Source of the DNA: Selaginella moellendorffii
Lineage: Eukaryota > Plantae > Lycopodiophyta
Length of the DNA: 64,000 bases
Assembly (NCBI RefSeq): GCF_000143415.4
Contig: NW_003314276.1
Coordinates: 521,630-585,629 of the forward strand
Direction: 5' to 3'
Shown piece after piece: positions 24,470 through 36,558 of this stretch. The first letter of the stretch is position 1. Each line of letters starts with the position of its first letter. Made by a program: the position numbers and the translations under genes. The notes under the pieces are model-generated. The model was given only the letters and a program-made list of their open reading frames with translations. It had not been told where the DNA came from and ran no database searches.

Positions 24470-27400
24470 CTATCTGTGGGTGATAGGCTGTGCTGAATTT
24501 CAACTTGGTGCGATACTGTTCTAGGAGAGTCCTCCAAAACCTACTGGTGAAGATCTTATGTCGATCTGAGATGATCTCTTCCGGTCTTCCCCGCACTTGA
24601 ACCACTTGTTCGAAGAACAGCTTCGCCACACCTTCCACATCCACCTCCGTTGTGGTGGGTATGAAATGTGCCATTTTCGAAAATCGGTCCACCACCACAA
24701 ATATCGCATCAAACCCCTCGCTTTGGGGGGAGTCCCGTGATGAAGTCCATCGTAAGACATTTCCACGGGCGATTTGGAATTGGGATGCTTTGCAACAAGC
24801 CCCCACTAGCCTTAGTCACAGCTTTTACCTGCTGACATGTTGGACATGTTTTTACATAGTCTTGGACGTCCTTAGCCATATCTGGCCAATTGTACTTCCT
24901 TTTGAGTAGGCCCATCGTCTTGGGCACTCCGCCGTGTCCCGCAAGAGGTCCGTCATGACACTCTTCTAAGGCCACCTTCCTTAGTTCCCCTTCTGGAACA
25001 TACACCCTCGTTTGCTTGTAATAGATGAGTCCGTTGCGTTCCGCATAGCCCGTTTTCTCTTCCGTTGGCAGCTCACCTCTCTGGTGAGCTTCCCACGCCT
25101 CTAGATTCCTCAGCAACACTTCTTGTGCTAGACCATCGTTCTCATATGCTGTCCGCACATCGTCCCAGAAGGTTGCTGTTGCGCTGGATATTGCTAACCT
25201 CAAGCTCGCTTTTCGACTTAGCGCATCCGCCACGGTGTTGCTCTTCCCAGGCTTGTACAGAATCTCGCAATCAAACTCAGCCAAGGCATTGGCCCACCGA
25301 CCTTGTTTCCCTCTTAGGTCGGGCTGTGACAAGAAGTGTTTCGTTGCCACATTGTCCGTGTAAACCTTGAAGTGTCTCCCAAGGTAGTGTCGCCACTCCT
25401 TGAGCGCCTTGACCACCGCAAACAATTCCTTCTCATGGGCAGGCCACTTCCGTTGAGCCTTGTCCAGCTTCTTCGAGAAGAACGCTACCGGATGGTTGTC
25501 TTGCTTCAAAACTGCGTCCAACGCAAAGTCCGAAGCATCCATTTCTACCTCAAAGTCCTTACCAAAGCCTGGTAATGCCAATACGGGAGCCTTCCTCAAC
25601 TTCCCTTTCAGGTGGACGAATGCCGCCTTGCATTCCGCTGTCCACACCATCTTCCCTTTTCCTGTTTGGTCCGTTAAGGGCAGGGCTACTCTCGAATAGT
25701 GTCTGATAAACTTTCGATAGTAGTTGCATAGCCCCAGGAATGCCCTCAACTCGTGTACATTGGATGGTCGCTCCCATTCCTGGATCGCTTGGACCTTCTC
25801 CGGGTCCACCTTGAGCCCGTCTTGGCCCACCACATGCCCGAGAAACTTTACCTCTTGTTGAGCAAAGTCACATTTGCTCTCTTTAGCATATAGTTTGTGT
25901 TCCCTTAGTTTCTCAAACACCTTTGCCAAGTGTTCGGCATGCTCCTCTAGCGTCTCGCTATAGATCAGGATGTCGTTGATATAGACGACCACGAAGTGAT
26001 CCAAATAGGGTACAAAGATGTGGTTCATTAGCGCTGAAAACGTTGCCGGCGCATTACATAGCCCGAAGGGCATCACCAGAAACTCAAAGCTCCCATACCT
26101 CGTTCGACAGGTTGTCTTCTCGACATCTTCCTCGGCTACCCTGATCTGGTAGTATCCTGACCTTAGGTCAATCCTTGAGAAGTATTTTGCCTTTCCCAAC
26201 CTATCGAACAGGTCCTCAATCCTTGGCAAAGGGTACTTGTTCTTCTTTGTATACTTGTTGAGCAACCGGTAGTCTATGCACATGCGCATAGATCCATCTT
26301 TCTTTTTCACAAATAACACCGGCGCCCCATACGGCGACTTGCTCAACCTAAATACCCTTTGTCCACCAACTCCTCTAGTTGGCACTTGAGCTCCTTGAGT
26401 TCTTTTTCGTTCAAACGATAAGGGGGATGAACCACTGCCTCAGCACCCTCGACCAGCTCAATCTTATGTTCTATCGGTCGTGCTGGGGGTAGCCCCGCCG
26501 GTAGCTCCTCTGGCATGGTATCCTGGAATTGGTCCAACACCCGCTGGATCACTAAAGGTACTTCTTCCATTCCTGTCTTTTTGTCACTCTTCACCGAGAG
26601 TAAGCACAAAAAGGCCGCCTTAGTTCCTTTAGTGAGTTGTCCTCTCGTGGACACCAGGTTTAAGCAGGAATCTTTGGCCTTGCTTTGCCCTACCTTTAGA
26701 TCTTGGGCCTCCACCCTAGATCTTCTTCCTTAGGCATTCGCCAGTACCACAAGGTTTCTACCTTGTCCATGCAGGGCTACCCCGAATCGATTGAACCAGT
26801 CCATTCCGAAGATCACGTCAAATCCCGCCATGTCCAACACAGTGAAATCCATGTCCACCTTCCAAGTCCCCACTTCGACTCTCGCTTGTCGAAGTACCTC
26901 ATCGGTGCTTTGGCTACCTTGAACAAACTCTATAGTCCTTGGTTCGCCTAGCCGCTGCACCGTTAGTCCGGCTTGCCGGACTATGTCTGCAGCCACAAAA
27001 TTATCCGAAGCACCCGTGTCAATAAGGATTTTAACAAAGCTATCTCCGAGCTTCCCTCGCAGGGCTAGTAGATGTCGCGAATGACTCTCTACTAAAGTTG
27101 CTCGTGTAATGAGTAACTTTGAGTTAGGGACTGGATCACATACCTCTGTTTGGACTTCACCCGACTTGATGGCCATATTGGCTCTGGCCTTCTTCGGGTA
27201 GGGACATTCCCTCGAGAAGTGTCCCGCTTCACCGCAGTTGTAGCATACGTTGTTTCCCACGCTGCTATATGACTTGACCTTCTTATCCGTGGGTTTGTCT
27301 CTTTTCGCTTGACTCCCCCACGTACTCGCTCGCTGGCCACCAGATCTGCCTTTCCGGAACCCCGAGGACTCATTCTTAGAGAAACTCTTCTTGAATTTCC

Positions 27401-29698
27401 CTCTGCTAAACGTTCCCCTTGGTTTGGCCCCTTTGCTAAACGTGGATCCTGACCCCGTCGTGCTCCCCTTTCACGGGTTATCGTTGAAATGCACCTTGAT
27501 GGCCGCATCCAATGCTTCTTTGTAGTTGGTCGGGTTCCACCGCATTACTTCGCCGCGAGCCCAGGTTTGCAAACCTGATATGAAGGCATGGAACGCATCC
27601 ATATCCCCCATGTCCGTGACAAGTATCCTCTTTGCCATAAACCCATTCACATACTCCTGAATGGTTCCGGTCTGCTTCAGCCTACTCAACTCGTCCCTTA
27701 GATGCAGAGTAGCATTTGGAGGAACGTAAGTTGCGCGGATCCTCGCCTTCATCATTTCCCAAGTGGCCACCGGTCCTTCGTTGGCCTCTGTTGTTCTCCA
27801 CCAAGACTTGGCATTATCTGCCAAGTATGGTTTTGCACGTGGGACCTTCTCCGAGCTCAGTAATCGTAACGCTCGGAAGTAGTCCTCCATATCGTAAAAC
27901 CAATCCTCCACCACCTTATAGTCATTCACTCCCTTGAAGACCGGTGGGGGCTTTGGTTTGTACTTGGGAACTGCCTGAGGGACTGATTCCACTTCGGTCT
28001 GTTCGACCTTGTCTGGTTTTGCCTCAGTCCCTGCCGAAGGGTCCGCACCTTCTGCGCTGCCAGCATCCGCAATCTTTCGCTTTTTCTTCCGCTTCTCGTC
28101 ACGCTTTAGCTTGTGTACGAGAGTCTCTAGCAGGGCATTGGTCTGTGCCAATTGTCCTTCTAAAACATCCAATCGAGCCTTGGACGACCGAACCTCACCA
28201 CCAGACTCCTGTTTGGAAGTTGCCTCACTGGAGTCCTCCTCATGCAAGGATTCCTCATCCATAGCCTCTTGTTCGACCGGAGGCTCCAGCTCTGGAGGAG
28301 GTTCCGTCTCTACCTGGGTTCGCTTACGTCCTGCCCTTGCCATCTCCCAGCAATCTGCCTCTATCCTTTGCTAGAACTGAGGAAGAGGCTCTGATACCAA
28401 ATTGTAAGCCACAAATTTTTCCTTTCCAATTTCCCAGCTTACCTCGTCTATCCGACCAACTCTGCCTTGGCTTGTGCTAAGTTCCCTCGCCAAGGTTCCC
28501 GCCTATGGTACCAGCTCCTACTTGGTCCTACTTGGTTTCAGCTACTTACTGCACGAGCAACGGAGTGTTAGCCATCCATCTACGGATTCCCAAATCTCTC
28601 CCAATCCCCCTCCCAGGGTTAGACTAGACTTAAGGTTCGGCTACACTCCCCATAGGCACAAACAGCCAAGCACACCAAGCCTCCAGATTCCTAACACCCC
28701 TTGGTACCACAAGACTTGATCATGGGACCCTCTAAATCCCAAGTCTTGGGTGCAGCACTTGCTTCGGGATGTCGGGGCGAAACACTGTGGCCTAACGGCC
28801 CGGTATGGGTACCTCTACCCCCCCACTTCCATCGCGAAGGGAAGGCCCAATACCCTAGGAAGGGCGAGGACCAATGAGCCACAAGGTACTCAAGTGGGGC
28901 ACCACTCCACCTGAGCCGGGAGCACCGCAGTCGGTTTCCCTTTCGGGAGTGGGAGCTGCTCTTGAGCACTTCCCTGGGTGGCCCCTCCGGCACCACTCAG
29001 GCCCATGCTCACTCCCACCCAAGGCCCCTCGGCCCCAGTCTCAACCTCAAGTCAGTTTGGAAGCACCACTGGAGAGTTCCTTCAAGACTGGTTCCTGGAC
29101 CTCACTATCCCTACTATACTTTTGGAACCCCCTGCAGCCCCACCCCCCCTGGGAGACGCACGCTTTGGGCTTTCACCCCTTGACCCGTATTAGTATTTGG
29201 ACTTAGTCTCTGGCTCGATCTCGGACCCGATTTCAGATCCGACTTCGGATTCGGTCTCGGACTCGATCTCGGACTCGATCTCGGACCCGATCTCGGACCC
29301 GACCTCAGACTTGACCTCGGACTCGGTCTCGGACCCGATTTCAGATCTCGGACTCCGTCTCGAACTCGGTCTCGAACTCGGACTCGAACTCGGTCCCCGA
29401 GTCGGTCTCGGACTCGATTCCGAACTCTATCTCGAACTCGGTCCTAGAGTCGGTCTTGGACTCGATCCTCGACTTGGTCCCATCCGATGAACTCTTTGTC
29501 ATTTCGGTCAAGCTTTTGGGGATCCTTTAGCCTACGACATCTCGGGGAGTTGGTTCCTTACATTCCACTCCCGCTCTCGACTTTTCAAGTCAGAGCCTTT
29601 TAGTCCAAACGTGTTACGCTCATTTGGCTTTCACTTTAGCCACTACCAAGTGGCACCCTTTTGGCTCCACTTTGGGGCTTAGGGATTTGTGTCTCACA

Positions 29699-32063
29699 CT
29701 CCTCTAGTGTCTCGCTATAGATCAAGATGTCATCAATGTAGACGACCACAAAATGATCTAGGTAAGGTACAAAGATGTGATTCATCAATGTTGAGAACGA
29801 TGTTGGTGCATTGCACAGCCTAAAGGGGATTACAAGAAACTCAAAGCTTCCATACCTTGTTCAACAGGTTGTCTTTTAGACATTTTCTTTTGCTACCCTG
29901 ATTTAGTAGTCTTCTAACCTTAGGTCGATACTTGAGAAGTATTTTGCCTTTCCCAACCTATCAAACAAGTCTTTAATCCTTGGTAAAGGGTACTTGTTCT
30001 TCTTTGTATACTTGTTGAGCAACTGATAGTCTATGCATATACGCATAGATCCATCTTTCTTTTTCACAAATAACACCGGTGCACTATATAGTGACTTGCT
30101 TAATTTAACATACCCTTTTTCCATCAACTTCTTAAGTTGGCATTTGAGTTCCTCGAATTCTTTTTCGTTCAAATGATAGGGGGGATGAACCACTACTTTA
30201 GCACCCTCAACCAGCTCGATCTTATGTTTTATCTATAGTTCCGGGGGTAATCCCACTAGTATGGTATTTTGGAATTGGTCCAACACCTACTAGATCACTA
30301 AAGGTACTTCTTTTATTCCCATCTTTTTGTCACTCCTCACCAAGAGTAAGCACAAAAATGCTACCTTGGTTCCTTTAGTAAGTTGTCCTCTTGTGAACAC
30401 GAGGTTCAAGTAGGAGTTTTTGGCCTTACATTGCCTTACCTTTAGATCTTGGGCCTCCACCCTGGATCGTTCTCCTGAGGCATTCGTCAGTACCACAAAA
30501 TTCCTATCTTGTCCATGTAGGGCTACCATTAAACGATTGAACTAATCCATCCCAAAGATTATGACAAATTCTGCCATGTCAAATACGGTGAAATCCATAT
30601 CTACTTTCCATGTTCTTACTTTGACTCTTGCTTGTCGAAGTACCTCATTGGTGCTTTGGCTGCCTTGAACAAACTCTATAGTCTTTGGTTCACCCAACCA
30701 CTGCACTGTTAGTCTAGCTTACCGAACTATATCTACAGCCATAAGGTTATCCGAAGCACTCGTGTCAATAAGGATCTTAACAAAGCTACCTCCGAACTTC
30801 CCTCGGACGGCTTATAGATATTGCAAATGACTCTTTACCAAAGTTGCTCATGTAATAAGTAACTTTGAGTTAAGGATTGGATCACATACCTCAATTTGGA
30901 TTTCACCTGACTTAATGGCCATATTGGTTTTGGCCTTCTTCGGGTAGGGACATTCTCTCAAAAAGTGTCCCACTTCACCACAGTTAAAGCATATGTTGTT
31001 TCCCAAACTACTAACAGAATTGACCTTCTTAGTCCCTTTTCGCTTGACTCCCCCATGTACTTGCTTATTGGCCCCTAGATCTACCTTTCTGGAACCTCGA
31101 GGACTCATTCTTAGATAAACTCTTCTTGAATTTACCTTTGCCATATGTCCCCTTTGGTTTGGCCACTTTGCTAAACGTGGACCTCGATCCCGTTGTGTTC
31201 CCCTTTCGTAGGTTATCATTGAAATGTAGCTTGATAGCTGCATCCAATGCTTCCTTGTAATTGGTCGGGTTCCAACGTATCACTTCACCACGAGCCCAAG
31301 TTTGCAAGCCTGATATGAAGGCATGGAAAGCATCCATATCACCCATATCTGTGACAAGTATCCTCTTTGTCATAAATGCATTCACATATTCTTGAATGAT
31401 TTCGGTTTGCTTCAACCTACTCAGCTCATCCTTTAGGTGCAAAGTAGCATTCGGAGGAATGTAGGTTGCACAAATCCTCGCCTTCATTATTTCCTAAGTA
31501 GCTACCAGTCCTTCATTAGCCTCTATTATTCTCCACCAAGATTTAGCAATTTTTGTCAAATATGGTTTTGCACATGAAACCTTCTTTGAGCTCAGTAACC
31601 ACAACACTCGAAAGTAATCCTTCATATCATAAAACCAATCCTCCACCACCTTATAGTCATTCACTCCCTTGAAGACTAGTGAGGGCTTTGGTTTATACTT
31701 GGGAATTGCTTAAGAGACTGATTCCACTTTTGTTTATTCGATGTTGTTTCGTTTTGCCTCAGTCCCCACAGTCCACACCTTTTACACTGCCAACATCTGC
31801 AATATATCACTTTTTCTTCCGCTTCTCATCACACTTTAGCTTGCATGCAAGAGCCTCTAGTAGGGCATTTGTTTGAGCCAATTGTCCTAGAATCAAGCCT
31901 TGGATAACTGAACCTCACCACCAAACTCCTATTTAGAAGTTTCCTCACTAGAGTCTTCTTCATGCAAGGATTCCTCATCCATAGCCTCTTGTTCAACTGG
32001 AGGCTCCAGCTCTAGAGGAGGTTTTGTCTCTGCCTTAATTGGTTTATGCCCTATCTTTGCCAT
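29699..32063 (-). pseudogene. Copy A gag-protease-RT remnant
   Basis: CFNCGEVGHFLREC zinc knuckle, ILIDTSAS protease, [18 protein letters not shown] and YIDDILI. Many stops and frameshifts. Confidence 0.9.
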
Positions 32064-32122
32064 CTCTCAACAATCCACCTCTATCCTTTCCTAGAACTGA
32101 GGAAAAGGCTCTGATACCAAAC

Positions 32123-33198
32123 TATAAGCTACAAATTTTTCTTTTCCAATTTGCCAGCTTACCTGGTCTATTTGACCAATATTGCCTTGGCCTTAGTTAA
32201 GTTCCCTTGCCAAGGTTCCCACCTATTTTACCAGCTCTTACTTGGTCCTACTTAGTTTTAGCTACTCATTGCACAAGTAACGGAGCATTAGCCATCCATC
32301 CATGGATTCCCAAATCTCTCCCAATCCCCCTCTTCGGGTTAGACTAGACTTAAGGTTTGGCTACACTCCCTGTAGGCACAAGTAGCCAAACACACCAAGC
32401 CACTAGGTTCTTAACATCCCTTGGTACAACAAAATTTGATCATGGGACCCTCTAAATCCCAAGTCTTGGGTGCAGCACTTGCTTCGGGATGTCGGGGCGA
32501 AACACTGTGGCCTAACGGCCCGGTATGGGTACCCCTACTCCCCCACTTCCATCCCGAAGGGAAAGCCCAAGCCCCTAGGAAGGGCGAGGACCAATGAGCT
32601 ACAAGGCATTCAAGTGGGGCACCACTCCATATGAGCCTAGAGCACTACAGTCGGTTTCCCTTCCGGGAGTGGCAGTTGCTCTTGAGCACTTCCTTGGGTG
32701 GCCCCTCCGGCACCACTCGAGTCGATGCTCACTCCCACCCAAGGCCTCTCAGCCCCAGTGTCAACCTCAAATAAGCTTGGAAGCACCACTGAAAAGTTCC
32801 TTCAAGACTGATTCTTAGACCTTACTATCCCTACTATACTTTTGGAACCCCCTCCAGCCCCCCAACCCCCAAGAGAGACACGCTTTGGGCTTTCACCCCA
32901 CAACCTGTATTAGTATTCGGACTCGGTCTCAGACTTGATCTTGGACTCAACCTCGGACTCGGTCTTAAACTCAATCTTGGACTCAATCTTGGACCCAACC
33001 TCGGACTTTGTCTCAAACTCGATCTCAGACTTGGTCTCAGACCCGATCTCAGATCTCTGACTCGGTCTCAAACTTAGTTTTGGACTCAGTCTTGAACTCG
33101 ATCTCAAACTCGGTCTCACTTGATGAACTCTTTATCATTTTGGTCGTGTTTTCGGGGATCCTTTAGCCTTTGACACCTTAGGGAGTTGGTTCCTTACA
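32123..33198 (-). repeat. 5' LTR of Gypsy copy A
   Basis: tataagctacaaat...ggttccttaca, adjacent to the tRNA-iMet PBS. Confidence 0.92.
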
Positions 33199-34364
33199 GG
33201 TTCCCAGGTAAGTGAGTGGTGATGGGAGTCAAATGATACGAAAATTTAAGATGACGAGTGCCACACACTAATTTTCTGAAGGCATTGTTTACAAGAAAAA
33301 ATCTGAAAAAATTGTTGGATTTTACCCAGGCATGAAGTTGTTGGGATAGTCACCAAGCTCGGTCAAAATGCAAAAAAAATCAAGATTGGAGATCATGTTG
33401 GTGTTGGCTGCATGGTGTACTCTTGTTTGAAGTGTGAACACTGCACCTACAGTGACGAACAATACTGCAATGGTCTCATTTGGACTTACAATAGTCTTGA
33501 AGAAGAAAAAGTTACAATAGGAGGATACTCTACATTCATGGTGTCAGATGAGAAATAAGTTACCTTTGGGATTAATCTATTTTTTAACAAAATATTATGC
33601 CAGGTTTATCTGCCAAATTCCAAAAAATCTTTCTCTAGATGGTGCAGCACCTCTGCTGTGTGCTGGGATTACCGTCTATAGTCCAATGAAGCATTTTGGT
33701 TTGACTCAGCCAGGCAAAAATTTTGGGGTTGTTGGGTTGCGTGGCTTGGGTCATATGACGGTAAAATTTGGAAAAGCTTTTGGTATGACAGTTATGGTGA
33801 TTAGTACTTCACCCTTCAAAGAAAAAGAAGCCTGCGAGATTTTGGGTGTTGACAACTTCATTGTGAGCAGAGATCCAGCCCAAATGAAGGTACATCAGAA
33901 CTTTTTTAGCATTAAGTTTGTCGTGCTTGCCATTCACAGAATGCAGAAAAGAGCCTTGATTACATACTTGACACTGTTTCAGCTCCACATCCTTTGGATG
34001 TGTGTGTGAGTTGTTAAAGGTTGATGGTAAAATTGTCATGGTTGGCTTGCCACATATGCCTCTCGACCTTCCTGCTGGAGTGATTATTTTCGGTAAATGC
34101 TGCAAGACAGTTGAATTTCAAATAATAGCTTTTTTTTTTGTCCAGGCCGTTGGTAGCTTCATTGGATCCATCAAAGAAACACAGGATATGCTAAACTTTT
34201 GTGGCATTAAGAATGTCACCTCTATGATCGAATTAGTGCCAATGAATTATGTAAATGAGGCAATGAAGCGACTGTGCAAGTCTGGTGTCAAGTACCGTTT
34301 TGTTCTTGACATGAAGAGTACTTTCAGATTTCCATCTGAATTTGATTTATTGGACATGACCTGA
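33199..34364 (+). pseudogene. CAD: Cinnamyl alcohol dehydrogenase-like gene, 3' part
   Basis: Continues VPG | HEVVGIVTKLG...GDHVGVGCMVYSCLKCEHC...EQYC, then [24 protein letters not shown] (GLGGLG degenerate) and VKYRFVLD. Short GT-AG introns. Confidence 0.9.
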
Positions 34365-35314
34365 GATTATAAATTACCCTCATTTTGAGCTTTTCTACTT
34401 CTGTAGACCGAAAACAGAAAATAATAACAACACCCATAGTTCTGTGAAATGTTACACATTAAAATCACGATTTCAAAAGTGAAGATAACTTACAAAATGT
34501 ATTTGTCAAGATTCTGGTTCCATCTTCAACAGGGTTTGTGAAAGATGTGGACTTGCCAAGCACAATACAATCACCCCTTCTACAGCATGAAAATTATGAT
34601 AGGTTATTCCATCCAAGCCCTGGTCCAAAAGTGTTTTTATAAGGGACAGCCACCTTTTGATCCTGCTTGGCAAGAAAATCTATTTTATGAAAAAAGTTTA
34701 ATTTAATTTGGTGAAACTGATTTCACTTAAAGCAAAAAAAGCAGGAAGAAAAAATCTGCATAAACTGACAAAATGACCACAACTTTCTGGTACACATATG
34801 AATATGGTTAAGGATTCAAGCAGGGCCGTACAGTATTTGCAGAAACTTCCATAAAAATGAATTTGTAGGTGTCAGTCTACCAAGTCAAACTGGATTGACT
34901 AAGGACAAAAATTTACCATCTTTGACAATAACTGTAGTGATTTCTAACCAAAAAACAAGTGTACAGGTACCTCTTCTTCTTTTATTAAAATGTTATCAGA
35001 TTCCTTTCTTTGAAAGCTAACAGTGCATGGCAACGGATTCTGACAGTTCAAACATAGAAAGACTTTTGCATGGCTCCTTGATTTCCAAAAATGCTATCTG
35101 ATGTTTATCAGGCCAGCTATAAACGCTATAGGCATCAAATAATGAACCTAAATAAAGAGTACATTAACAGTATCAAAGTGAGGAAAATCACCTCCCTTCA
35201 TAGCCTTTCATAATCTGCTGTAGGACCAATAATAACAATAGATTGGTGAAATGATTTGTCTGGTTAATTCCGTTAATGAATGGGACCTCAGCCTGTTCGG
35301 TGTCAGTCAAGAAA

Positions 35315-36454
35315 CTAGTCAAAAGAATGAAGACACTCCAGCGGAGCACTCCAGCGAAAATTCTTTCCCATTTGTGGGACCGTGGTCAAATAGTTTATCC
35401 AGTCATTCGTCACCAATTTCAAGTCACTGATCTTTCTTTGGAGTCCAATGCAGCAATTGGCATGAATTGTGCATATTTCATCAATGCTGTGCTTCATTTG
35501 GCAAAAACTCCCAAAGACATTCGTCCTCAGCAGCCTGACTTTCACACGTAAAGCCCAGAACTCATCCTTAAAAATCATCGCATTGAGGACGTCTTGGTCA
35601 TGCTTGTGAGGGAAGATTATGCGAGCTTTATACCAAAATTTATAGAGTTCTATTGTCCTGTTGTTAGAATGGACGTGAATGAAACCACCATTTGCTATTG
35701 GAGTGTCCGTGTGATGATCTGGGAAGTGATCGCAGGCAATCTCGATGTCAGCGCGAGGATCAAAGTGCTTAAACGGATCTCTAAACCACAGAACATCACT
35801 ATCCTACAAAGCTTGAGAGTTACATTCTCAGCAGAAGAATGCCACAGCTATTTACCGAGAAGATAAAGTTGTATCCGAGCTCAAGAACAGCTCCCAGGAA
35901 GTAAATCCTTCTCCACATCATATTAAGGTAGTCATCAGTCATGAATACTTTCTCTTCACTAAAATCGATGCCAAATGTTCGCAAAGGGAAGCAGTGCTTG
36001 TGGATGGCAAGGCAGCGGTCCTGTGACACCTTGTCTAGAGAAACAATCAAGAGATGATTGAGGAAGGACTCAGTGCCATCCCCGTTGCGGAAGCTGTCCA
36101 TAAACAGGTCGAGCATTCTATCTTCGGAAGCCCATGCTTGGTTTAGAGTGGTGATAATCACCGTCTTGTTCCGGAATGCAGTCCTGCGTAAGACATTATC
36201 CATGAGCCGCTTATCATGTTTGCTCTGCACGACTGACTCGTATTAAATCAGAAATCAGAGGGAGATATCTATTTAAAACTTACAAAGCTGGCACCCGTGG
36301 AGTCCCTTGGCAACAACAAGCGGCTGGGCAGCATGATTCTGCTGTAGAAAATACTATCACTGAAGTTCACACGCCAGAGTAAAGTCACGTCATATGCTAC
36401 AAAAACAAAAGTGGTGGCTGCTAGTAGCATGGCTTTGCGGTGGCAATTTCTCAT
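35315..36454 (-). CDS. Nucleotide-diphospho-sugar transferase family protein (GT77-like), 3 exons
   Basis: KTVIITTLNQAW, YLNMMWRRI, GYNFIFS|DSDVLWFRDPF, HDQDVLN, HANCCIGL. N-terminal TM segment. Confidence 0.9.
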
Positions 36455-36558
36455 GTTCACTTGATGGGTTCCCGCAGTTTTGACAAAAGGTAGTTATCGT
36501 AACGAAAGTAACTAACTGCGAGCTCTTGTTCTGACTTGGTTTTGGTGTCAACAAAGAA

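Larger units (their letters stand above)
23572..28343 (-). pseudogene. Copy B gag-pol (gag, Zn knuckle, protease, RT, RNase H, integrase, group-I chromodomain) with two introns in integrase; disabled
   Basis: [50 protein letters not shown] and YEVEAIL...VKWKGF...ATWE. Nonsense codons at 27471, 26730 and ~24357. 1-bp frameshifts at ~26352 and ~24722. RT YIDD reads YIND. Confidence 0.95.
22004..29562 (-). mobile_element. Ty3/Gypsy chromovirus copy B (structurally complete, 7.56 kb, same family as A)
   Basis: LTRs 22004-23167 and 28403-29562 (roughly 97% identical by eye). TSD TTCCA. PBS TGGTATCAGAGCC at 28387-28399. PPT-like tgggtggtggag at 23169-23180. Confidence 0.97.
16515..29698 (-). mobile_element. 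Family-2 LTR element C inserted in the RT of copy A. 5' LTR 20677-29698 is split by copy B; ~4.1 kb decayed internal domain; 3' LTR lost by deletion
   Basis: PBS gctctaatacca (20662-20673) next to the LTR start at 20677. Right junction falls in RT. About 290 bp of copy A pol is missing at the left junction. No recognisable intact ORF. Confidence 0.75.
10244..33198 (-). mobile_element. Ty3/Gypsy chromovirus copy A (old), expanded to 23 kb by nested insertions
   Basis: LTRs 10244-11275 and 32123-33198. TSD GGTTT/GGTTC inside CAD exon 2. PBS gctctgatacca at 32108-32119. Decayed gag-PR-RT at 29699-32063 and RH-IN-chromodomain at 14871-16514. Confidence 0.92.

Noticed and set aside
24709-24730. 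Frameshift in integrase as a third intron
   Set aside because: It is a single extra base in a homopolymer run; copy A is in frame here.
26340-27475. Stops at 27471 and 26730 and the frameshift at ~26352 as programmed readthrough or frameshift signals
   Set aside because: Copy A has sense codons (CGA, TCA) and the missing base at these positions, so they are private mutations of copy B.
34450-35260. Possible small minus-strand spliced gene; similar hints at 1090-1660 and 38800-39700
   Set aside because: Splice-like signals are present but I could not assemble a recognisable protein.
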